Shown in pieces: positions 23,181 through 35,100 of a stretch of 63,752 bases of DNA. A program made the position numbers and the translations under genes. The notes beneath the pieces were generated by a model. The model worked only from the letters and a program-made list of their open reading frames with translations. It did not search any database and was not told where the DNA came from. The DNA is from Rhynchobatus australiae (Eukaryota): contig JAUZTB010000082.1 of assembly GCA_034780895.1 (NCBI GenBank), forward strand, positions 3,165,699 through 3,229,450, read 5' to 3'. The number at the start of each line of letters is the position of its first letter. Position 1 is the stretch's first letter.

Positions 23181-26100
23181 TTAAAATATATGCCTACTTC
23201 TGCTTTTGATGAACCCCAAGCATCCCTTCAGCTCGTTCAGTGAAATGGACTTGCTGCCATTGAGGTCACAGTATTCAATGAACTTTCTGGTGCACTTTCT
23301 TGGCTTTGCATTCTTCCTCAGGTAAACCTTAAAGGGCCTCAGCTCTTTCTCAGAGATCTCATTGTTGAAGTCCTTGTCCAGCCTGCCAAAGTACCAGCGA
23401 ATGGCACGGTCTTCCAGCAGAAAACCAACTGATCCTTCAGTAACTCTGCAAAGAAATAGAACACACATCTATGCCAAATGTAGACCAGAAAGTCTCAGGT
23501 TCCTTTCCTGTTGTGGGAATAACTGGTGGCGTCTAGATTGGCCTCAGCATGCCATAATAACCAATTAAAACCCCAGAACCCCCCACAACTCAGTCTACAG
23601 CAGTTCAAGATGGAAGCTGATCACCACCTTCTTGGAGGCAGGAGCTGAACAGCAACTGCTAGATGGGTCAGCAATGTGCACGCCCACAGGATTAACAATT
23701 TGACTTGAATATTGTCAACATTGTAATATGTCCCTTTTAAGTTTCATTTCTTCATCCAGATTTCAATCATCTGAAAAAATATTCCTAGAAATTGTGAAAA
23801 AGGAGTGTCAGTGGTGAATGCACTCCTATGCAGACAAGGCTTTTTGTAAGAACATTGGGATGACATATTAAAAGGCATGCCCAACAAATATTAATAATCC
23901 ACCACACCACAAAACAAAAGCAGCTGCATCAATTGTATACTCAGACCATAATACCCATTTTCGTCATCAGTAATGACAAAAAAATTACAACATTCCAGCC
24001 TCACTGGAACATGCTTACAATTTCTTGGAGTCCATGGGTATTAGAATAAAATCAGTGTGTATCACAAACACTAGCTGGGATTTTATGATTCAATTGATTT
24101 GATGAAGTGCATTATGCAGATACGTTCAGTGCTTCCTACTACTTGAACCAGTGTTAGAGACAAAGGATGTGCAAGTGTCCTATAACACCTATAGATGGAT
24201 GTATATAGGAAATCTAACATGGTGGACTTCCACTGAAGTTACAATAGCAGAGCAAAAGCAGCTCTGCTGAGATCACTAAACAGAAACAAAGAACGGCCAA
24301 GGAGAGAAGGAGAAATATCTGAGGGATTGTCCAGAATATCTAAAGTCAAAGTTCAACATGCAATTTTGGCTGGAGGTCAACTTTCAGACCATGTTAGAGA
24401 GACTACTGGCCGCCAGCCCTCAACCTAGGAAATTATGCCCGTGTCGACATTAAGCACTACTGGGTCAAAGACTTGCAGAGCAAAGTCCTGCACTGTCCCA
24501 ACAAGGCACCTCAATGCACTGCCTTTGCAACAAAAGTGTAACCCAATAATTTAATTTCTCCAGCCAATCTCATGCCATGCATGCACAAGATTGTCCATTT
24601 GTGATAAATTAGGTGGCATGTGTATTGTTCACCCCATCAACAGGAACAGGTGGAGACCACCTCACCCTGCTTGTTATTGTTGAACGAAAGGAATGCAAGA
24701 TTCAGTTGCAGNNNNNNNNNNAGATCTTGAGAAACAGGGGCTTATCGTCAATGCCCATTACTTAACAGCAGAAAACAAGTGTGCAAACTGATGCGCTGTG
24801 TAAAAAAAAACCAGGACTCCATAAAATGGAGCTTCTCAGGCATGCAGCTTCTAAGTGCACGTGAACTATACCTTCTCCATGTTATGTGCGAACCAGCCTG
24901 GGCCATATCCATAATGAGAGACTTCAATAATCCTGTTACAAACTCTGTCTTCTTCCCACCAGGGCAACCTGAGACAAACATTAGCAGGTCATAGTGATGA
25001 GCTTCAAGATATTTCTAGGCAAAGGCAGCAGACAATTTGAAAAGATCTAACAAACAGCAAGCAAGATGAATGCCAGTTAATTACCTTTTGGTGCTGGTTG
25101 AAAAGTGAATATCGCTCAACATACTAGGAAATCTCAATGTTCTCCTTCAGAGAACTGATATAATGTGTCTTACAGCAACCTAAATTGGGGCCTCAGTTTA
25201 ATATTGTATCTGAAAGACAGCAGATGGTGGTGCAACTACCCCTATCCCAAAGTAGCAAACTGGATTAGAAACTCAAATCCTGGCTGGGGATTGAGCCTAC
25301 AACTTGATGACCCTGAAGCAAGAGTGCATATACCAAGCCAAACTAACTGGTTAAAAAAAGGAATGTTTCAACAAGTCTAGTTGTAGTATAAATGGCTCCA
25401 CAGTCTGGGCTGCACTGTGCTTTATATTTCACCATTTTTCCAGACATTGTAAAAATGATATCAAACTGGCCTTTGATGACCCTTTATTCTTCATTCTCAA
25501 TCCAAACTTTTTACAAAGGAAAAATAAAAAGGCACAGAAACACCCTAACCATCCCACTCGGTATTTAGAAGCTTCCCTCACCCAAATATAATATAACCCT
25601 CTGTGCCCTTCTCCTTCACATCCTTATCCAGCCTCCCCCTAAATGCATTTATACTACTCCCCTCCACCTCTCCCTGGAGCAATGATTTCCAGATTCTCAC
25701 CACTCTTAGGGTAGAGGTTTCTTCCAAATCCCCAACTGGACTTCTGGGTGACCATCTCATATTGATGGTCTCTGGTTATGCACTTCCCCCACAAATGGGA
25801 ACATTCTCTCTGCATTCACTATTAAACCCCTTCATGATTATTACACAGGTCTCCCCTCACCTTTTGTTTCCAAAGAGAAAAGACACCCAGTCTTTTCATC
25901 CTTTCCTGATGGACAAACACTCATATTTCTGGTACCATCTTCGTACATCTCTGCAGTGTCTCCAGATTCTTTCATTAAAAAGGCAAGAAAACTATTACTC
26001 ACCTTGGAGTTTTCTGTCCCTGAAGAGGGGGCCCATCTCAGAGATTTTTGACCTTGCACCACTCCCACAGTCAGGTGTCTGATTACTGCAGAGATAAATA

Positions 26101-29100
26101 GTAAAACTGAAGCCCTTTGGTCTGAAAATGGACATCAGATATCACGCTGTCCCCCGGCTTTACTGGAATCCTCAGGCATTCCAATGAATTCCTCCCATAT
26201 TTTTGAGCTGTTGAGCAGACCACTTGTCTTTCTATTTCTGAACCCGAGAACCTCCCATTGGTGTAACGATTGGCCAGTGGAGTATTCTGTCCAGCTATTG
26301 CAATATGGCAGAGAGTCACGCAGCATGGAAACAGACCATTTGGCCCACCAAATCCATGCTGACCTTTCAGCAGCCATTTATCCAAGTCCTATGCTAATCC
26401 CATTTTATTCTCCCCACATTCCCATCAACTTGCCCCAGATTCTAGCACTCATCCCTACACAAATGGTGCAATTCACATCGGTCAATCAACCAATGTCTTT
26501 GGGACGTGGGAGGAAACCAGAGCACCTGGGAGGAAACCTGTGGTCACAGTGGGATCATGCAAACTCCACACATACAGCACCTGAGATCAGGAATGAACCT
26601 GGGCCTTGATGCTGCCAGGCTGTGGATCTGCTACCTATGCCAAGTTGCCATCTTTTGGTGAATTGTTTACTATCCTGCTCTATCACTAATTCTTGTTACT
26701 TGCAATTCGCACACTTACAACTTGACACATTAGCAACTAGTGACCACATCCCCAAAGTAATTTAGACTTTACAACCCATCTGTCCCTTTAAAAGGGATGT
26801 CCCAGCAGGCAGAATCGCTGTCTAATGGGCATTTACTCTCAAATGTAAAGTGCTAACTATTTGTATATAGGCAATGCCTTTAATATAGTAAAGCGGTCCA
26901 AGTCACTTCATTAAAAAAATGGACACCATGCCATTTTTAAGAGAGGGTAACCAAAAGCTTGCTCAAAGACGCAGGTATTTAGGAAAGTCGTGAAGAAAGT
27001 CCAGATTACTCACTAGCTATCACATTGAGGGAGGGGAGAAAACCTCTGCGTAAATTAAAGATTGGCTTTCCATATAATTCGCAAGAGAATTCACTCTACC
27101 AAGGACAATTTGTGTATATGGATATTTACAATTACAAGAATTTCATTCCCTCCACTCTCAATTGTTTTCCGCCCCCCTCACTTTTCACTCGCACTGCACT
27201 TTCCTCACTGACGAGCGAGTAAACAGACGATTTGCTGACAAAAGTTTATCCATAACCAGTCCTGAAGAGGAGCAGGGTAGGTGCTCAGTACACTGAACCC
27301 AACCCAAGAGTCAGAGCAACTTCTGTTCATAGTCAGTCACAACACATTCAGGGTATTCCTCATTGTGTACAGTGCTCACCGTGCGGTTGTGCCTTGGATC
27401 GGGAGGCCTGAATTCACCTGAACACACCAGCAGTATCCAGTGGCTTGGTGACACTGCACCTGTTTGTATAATCCACCAGTGCTGCACTGCGGGACAAAGG
27501 CTCCCTCGTACTGATGCTGTTTTGCTTCTTCGATGGCAGCTCGTCGCTCCTGTTCACATGACACCGGCTGGTCTAACAAGGGCACAAAGTACACAAGGGA
27601 CAGTCCAACATTTAAAAGCAAATGCACTTTCCCCAACTCCCTCTATCCTCATACTGTTTGCAGGGTCTTGACAGTGTCAGGCACAAGCCAGTGGTTAGCC
27701 AGATCCTGATTTATCCAAGAGAACAGTTAGATCCAAAAGACAGCATTATGAACAGTGCACCAATCCTTCAGTGCTGGCACTGGAATATTAACTCAGCTTT
27801 TGTCTTCATCTCTCTGGGTCCCATACCAGAACAACAACCTTCTGAATTAGAGACACAAGTTATTAGCAGCATGGACAGAGTAGGCCACAAAGATCCTGTG
27901 GGCCTGGTTCACCATTCAGTAGGATCACTTCTAACCAGCTGAACCACATCTGGCACATTAACATAGGTTTGTATCAAATGGGGTAGCTCATACTTACCAA
28001 GCTTCGAACTGCGGTTTGACTTGGCATCTCTGATGAATAGAAACCACAGGGCTGGATACATCAGTTCTACAGAACAAACGCAAAATATTAAAGTGGGAGA
28101 AAGCTTCTATATCCCTTAGGGTTACTTGTTCTTTTCCATACCTATTCAACCCCACAGGCACAACCTTCCCCACCATCAAGGATATCAAGAGGCGGGTGCC
28201 TCAGACTGCAGCATCCATCACTAAGGACCCTCACCATCTGGGACACCCTCTTGTTACTACCATTGGAGAAGGTACAGGAGCCTGAAGACCCACACTCAAT
28301 GATTCAGGAACAGCTTCTTCCCCTCCATCAGATTTCTGAACAATCCATAAACACTACCTCATTTTTTTGCACTATATTTTATAATTTATAGTAGTTTTAG
28401 GTCCTCACACTGTACTGCTTTTGTACAAGACTGATAATCTTGTGCCTGCACTACCGATCCAAGTGTTAGTTCAAATCCCACCGTGCCAGTGTAAAAAAAA
28501 TTCAATTACTGACTTCAAATGGAAATAAGTGACCATGAAGTTATTAGATTGTCGTCAAAGTCCAACTGGTTCTTGGAGGAAACCTTACCCACTCTGAACT
28601 TAAACATACTTGCAGTCCCACATCAATGTTGGTTGTCTCTTAGCTTCCTTCAGAAGTGACCCAGCAAAGCTAGGTCATATCAAACTGTTTGAACTAACAA
28701 CAATGAATGGACTGCGAATGCTATACCTGCCAATGATACCCACATCCCAGTAGTGAATAGACATTAGTCACTTCTACGTATTGTGTGCTGATAGAGAAAC
28801 CACATACTTCACCTGGATTTTTAGAGACCAGAAGAGCATCTTTATGCTTCTCTTCCACTGGCTTCTGCTTGGGATTGTCCACTGCCTCACCTGTTTGGGG
28901 GAAAATACAATCAAAAATATAGTCGGAAGGTTTTTGGAACTGGATCTTTGCTGTTTGGATTGGATGTCTCGATCATGAAGCAAGCTCCTTCTGCTGTTTG
29001 AGCAGAAATTCCAAGGAGATTTGCAAACCCAGTTATTACAAAGATGATAATTAAACAATTAATGTAGATCCCTGGGGCTTACTATCTCCTCAAAGCTTTC

Positions 29101-32100
29101 TGTTCTCGCTTGGAATTCCCAATCTTAGCTGCCCAACCACAAGTAAAACAAATCAGTGGTTGCTGCCCTCTATTGAGAAGGTGGCAGGGGGAACATTACT
29201 ACGATAGAACCCTTATGGGTCTAGTTAGCCTTGCCTTTTTGTGGCTACGTGGAACATTCTTTGTTCAAGTCTCTCAGATCCCCTCCTCATTTCCTCTTCC
29301 AGTACATTTGGAGAGAGTTTCAGTCCTGTTTCCTATTCACTCAACTACAACCCTTTCATTCCTTAAATCAGTAGCATACATAGTTGCTAGGTAGTGCCCA
29401 CCAAAAAAGATGCAGCGCAGATGATTAGAACATAATGTGGGCCGTGTACTTTTACCTTTGTTACGAGTCAGGCTTCTTGTGGTAGCTCGAAGCTTGGTTC
29501 CTTGTTCTGGGATCAGAGAAGAAAAGAATTGAAAAGACACTATTATTGAGGTTAGGGTTATCTATTCTACCCACACACTTGATTGGATGATCAGAAGCAA
29601 GAAGAGCCTTGAAAGGACGGTTTGCAAGAAAGGAGACGGCCTTGTGCAGTTCTAGTTTTGATGCTGTCACATGCACCACAGCCTATACTGTCCTCCACAC
29701 ACAAACAAGATGAGTTCTACATACTTCAAATCAGGTTCCTCAATAACAGGACATATACATGGATAGGAAAGGTTATGGGCCAAATTCAGGCAAATGGGAC
29801 CAACTTGGATGGGCTTCTTGGTCAGCATGGATAAGTTGGGCCAAAGGGCCTGTTTCCATGCTGTATTGCTCTATGATTCTATGACTCATGTGCAACAGTT
29901 CAAATCTTTCACACTTTTGGGATCCATAGTCATACCCTCAATAGTCTTCAGATCAACTTGCATTTTGATGGAAATAGAATATGAACTTTATGACATAAAA
30001 GGCAGCCATTCAGCCCATCTTGTCTGTGCCAGTTGAGAACAATAATGACCTAGTTTAATCCTACCTTCCACCACTAGGCCTAAAGCCTTGCCGGTCATGG
30101 CTCTTCAGTTACATAGAAAAGTGAGGGTTTTTAACCTAATCTTTCAGGCAGAGAGTTCCAGAACAGAGTTAAAAAAGCCCCTCTCATCATTCTACCAATT
30201 ACATTAAATCTATGACTGACTCTGCTCCTGGCTTTTAACCCTTTAGATAAGGAAATTAGATCCTTCCTATTTATCTAGGTCCCTCCCAAAATTCAGTACC
30301 TCCTCAATCTCCACATTCCAAAGAAAACAATCAAATCACTTGCCACAGCTGCAGTCTTCCAGTCCTGGCACCATCCTGGCAAATCGCCTCTGCACCTCTC
30401 CAGTGCGATCACATCTTTCTTGTAACGTGGTGACACAGTAGTCAAGTTGTGGCCTGACTAATGTCACTTGGAATCCTAGCAAAACCTCCCTGCTCTCATG
30501 TTCTGTGCCTGTTAACAAGTATTCAGCTAAACTAGGATCAACCAGTGCTGCTGCCTTTAAGCGTGTGGACTTGTACTCCAAAGTCCATCTGTACCACTGC
30601 ACTTGTCAATATCCGATCACTTATCCTGTATGTTCCTGCCCAGTTGTACCTCCCCGTTAGCTGACACTTCTGTGGATTGAATTCATTTGCCACTTCTCTT
30701 CCAAACTGATCATCTTCCTGGATACAATGTTGTTAATGCAGATTCTTTTGATGCATCCATGCAGTGTTCTCAAACAAAAATAACATCAAGCCTTGCAAGG
30801 AGACATTGGGACAGGGACGAGTACTTAGGAAAAGAGATCAGTTTTAAAGGAGCAACAGGAGGAGTGAAGAGACCAGGTGGGATTTACAAAGCTTTGGCAT
30901 TAGGTAGCCAAGGGCATAACTGCCAGTGATGGAATTGTGAAAATCAGGAATGGTCAAGTGGGTGGGAAGGATACAGATCTCAGAACATCAGAATGTACCT
31001 GGGAACACTTTACAGGAAAAATATTTACCATCTGGGATGTGAAGCAAAAGTTAACATTGNNNNNNNNNNNNNNNNNNNNNNNNNNNNNNNNNNNNNNNNN
31101 NNNTATGCAAAGGAACAGTGTTGAAATGATTTTAGGAAGAGAATTCCAAACTCCTGGGCTGCTGAAGGATTTTCCTCTGGTGATTTAATAAAAGTCTCCA
31201 AATGTAAAATAATTTTTTTAAAAAGTGGATTTCTGTTAAAGATTTGGATCAGAATCCCTTCAGTCTTGGAGTTTGATGCAACATTAGTAATAAGAGTTTC
31301 CCCGCTTAACACCTCCATTTCTCACCTTTTCCAGGTTTCCATCCTGTAGCTAAAGGGAGAATTTCTACATTAAACAGACTTAGCTATTTTCTATCCAAAA
31401 ATCACTAGCTCAAAGTTCAAAGTGAGGAAGATTACTGTTGGAATGAGAACTCCTTCCCATGTCAGACAACAACTAGTACAGACAAACATTTCTGGATCAA
31501 ATATGGCAGAGTTAGTGTCTCACTGTATGCCTCCAATATTGTCTCAGCCACAACTTTATTACAAAGTCTTACCAGATGATTATGCAATACAACCCCTCAA
31601 ATTAGTACCATCAGATGGACCAGGTACTCAGAACTAGATCACATCTACTCAGTTTATTTCTCAAATAGCCCCCAGATAAAGGGAGAATTTCATCCCAGCG
31701 TATTGAGCTCTTTTGAAATCTAGGTACCAATAATAGACATTGAATTATATTGCAATTTGGCAGTTAGTCACATTAGTTCTGTTCAGAAGTGTGGTGCACT
31801 GTACTGCACCAGAATCAACTAAAATGGCCAAAAGCTTCAAAAATTACCCATTCTGCCGGAGTCATGATCCCTCTGGGAAGCCTTGTCCTTTGTGGAATCT
31901 GAAAGGAAAATAAAGTTAGTTCCAGATAAATTATAGTTCTTTCATTGTACACCATATTAAGGATTCATCACACCCAACTTACAAACTTCCAGCTTAGTGT
32001 GTACACCAATAGGTACAGTGGCTATGCTCATGAAGTTTATTGTCATGTGCACAAGTACAGTGAGGTACAGGTACAATGAAAAACCTTGCTTGCAGCAGCA

Positions 32101-35100
32101 CAGGTACAGACAACAGAACACAAATTATACAGGACAGGAGAAAATAAAACTGCAAAACAAGACATTAAATGCAAAAAAGAGACAAGTCCATGGTAATGCA
32201 AGAGGTGGCCTCTAGTGATCCATTGCTGAGTTAGGATTAGAATTGTGCAGGTTGGTTCAAGAACCCAATGGTTGAAGGCCAAACAAACTTTTACTAATGA
32301 GTTATCTCCCTTATCCCTGGCTGTTGCACGTAGCATCGATTTCTCCTGTTTTGCAAAGCTACTTATGGATGAGATGGCAGTGTGGTGCTGGTGAGTAACA
32401 CTGGTGGAACACACTTTATGCAGTGTACATAGGCTCTGCTCTCCCTGACACTTCTTACTGGGCACCATTCCTTCTCCAAGTCAGAAGTTTGTGGTTGAAT
32501 TTCCACTCCAGAACCTCGAGCACAAAATCAACACCAACACTAATATGAAACTGGGGGAGTGCCACATCAGAGTTGTTATTCTTCAAATGAGGTGTTAAAC
32601 CAAGCTGATTGCCAGCCTGCATGTGTGGACATATTGTGATCTTACAGGTGGCCTCCTCAGTGTCTTGGTGAATATTTTTAATTCAGCTAATATAACCAAA
32701 AAGTCAGATTTTTGGTCATTATTGTTGCAAGGTTCCATTAACAATAAGCGTAGAAATTGGCTGCTGCATTTCCTCCATTAGCAAAATAACCATATTTCAT
32801 ATCTCATAAATGCAAGCATTTGATCCAAATTTACATAACCCTTTTGACATCTCATTTTAATGTTTATTACATGACCTTCTGTGACATTGCTTGTGGAGCG
32901 TGGAATACTGTTGTCACATCCAGCTGTTGAAAGGTTTGCCCCTTTAAAGCCAATGCTCAGCTACTACGATGCTGAGTTCCTCCAGCATCAGTGTTTTGCA
33001 TCTAGATTCCAGCATCTGCAGTCCTTTGTTTGTCTAACAGGGGCTTCTTGTTGTACAAACAGTTGCACGTTTCCTCTCAACTACCTGCCCAAATGGCATC
33101 AAGGAGACAAACAACTTCCAAATAATGACTGGCTTCCTTTACAGTTGTTTGGTTAAGTAGTTTGGGTTTTGGTGTCACATCTGGAACCTGACATCAGTCA
33201 AGGGCAAACTGAATCAACTGCGTTGACCTCCACACCCAGATACCCATTCCTACATCAGTAAATTGCAACAGTCAGAAATCACAGGAAAAACTCAGGAGGT
33301 CAGGCAGCATCTACAGAGAGAAACAGTCAATGTTGTGTTTCAGATTTCAATAAACTGCAATCAGATTTCTGAACAGTCCAGAATACTACCTCTTTTTTTG
33401 CACTATTTGTTTTTGTAATTTATAATATTATGTCTTTGCACTGTATTGCTACAAACAACAAATTTCACATCATACAAGTCAGTAATAATAAATCTTATTC
33501 TGACATTGCAATTCCCAGATTTCATAAGTCTCAGTTTCCCCATCTACCCGTTTCAAGAGTAAATATATTTAGAGAGTCCCGGTGGAGGAGCTTTGACCCA
33601 AAATGTTACTATATGTCATTCCAGATGCTGTCTGACCTGCTGAGTGATTCCAGCATTTTCTGTTTTGTTTCAATTTTCCAGCATCTATAGTTTATTTGAT
33701 TTTCATCTAAAGTAAATATTTGTTTCACTTCCTATTTCTGCAAATAAATTATCCAACAAGCAAAACAAACAATTTTTTTTTAAGGCTTCTTAGATTGACA
33801 AGCAGCTATAGACCACAGCACATATACCAATACCTGAGCAGGTCGGAGTCTGGTTGTGGACTGAAGACCCACTAACTGGTTTGCCCTCAGGTGTGACACA
33901 CCAGCAGTAGCCCGTTAACTTATGGCACTGAACCTGTTGAATCAAAGACAAAGTGGTAAACAATCATGCCAAGAAATTGAATTTCACACTCTTCTGGAGC
34001 AAACTAAAAGTGTGTCACATTTAGCATTAGTTTCCATTTTGATGCTCCGCAAGAAAATCTTGAAATTGGCCAAAAATGCATTACAAACAGCAGCATGGTG
34101 TTTTGTACATTAGAACCGTGCATTAAAATCAGGTCTGCATGGCCCCAGCAGAGCAGCAGGTAAAGTTCACGACTGCCATTTCATTGTCATTGGGAAAGGC
34201 GTCAGGTCTTAGTGAACTCTCAAGATGGCCACAGAACAGGTTGCCATAGAGATGTAGGAAAACATGGGGATGGGGGGACTAAACAGAAGTTATCTGGGCA
34301 GTCGCCATACAACCCTCTACCCTGATAGAGTCTCATCCACTGCACAGCAAGGGATGATCAAGGAGGCAAAAGGTAGCAGCAGCATGGAACTCGGATGTGT
34401 ACATGTGCACTATGCCCGAGAGCTGGCAATAGACTTGATGGGCTGAATGGCATCTTTCTGTGCCCAAAGAATACACAAGAACTGATGAATGTATAGAATG
34501 TTAGGGCTGGTTTGATCAGCTGAACTGTTCAATTTCTGTTCCTGCGTTCCCAACTTCATCTTGCCAGTTAAATGGAACTAGGTGATAAAATTGTCAAGAC
34601 ATAAAGCACCAGCAACCACAGCCTCTTGGAATGTTACTGCTGCCTCACACCGTATTTCCTGCATTGACCACAGTTTTTATGTTTCTGTGTCACAAGGGAG
34701 CAGATGGATAATTTACAGCAACAGCAAACTGCACATGGCCGATCCCTCTCTTTTTATACTTGCATTGGTAAGTTTTCACCTACTGAAGAGAGTCTGATTG
34801 TCCCTATAGTTCACTCACAAGTTAAAACCCAACAAGTGAAAGTGGGCCAATCAGTTCAGGAAAATAACTGATTTGCTTGTAATTTTAAATTTATCTCCCC
34901 ACTCAGCCTATTGCTCAGTTTACTCTTTAGAGATGAATGGACAAGTAGATTTTGCTCAGTGACTGAACCTATGGTCCTCCAAGCTCTCCAGCACATTACC
35001 CCATGGTGGCGTTGCTAGCTAATTAACAGAGGTTGATTGATATGGTTAGTTAGCGGCTCTAATTATTGGTCATGCTTTTCTATAATTTTTTTTTAAAGAG

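Noticed and set aside
32876-32923. 48-nt symmetric open segment (AGCDNSIPRSTSNVTE) as another linker exon
   Set aside because: Weak acceptor and weak donor (gtcatg), adds an unpaired Cys, no homology.
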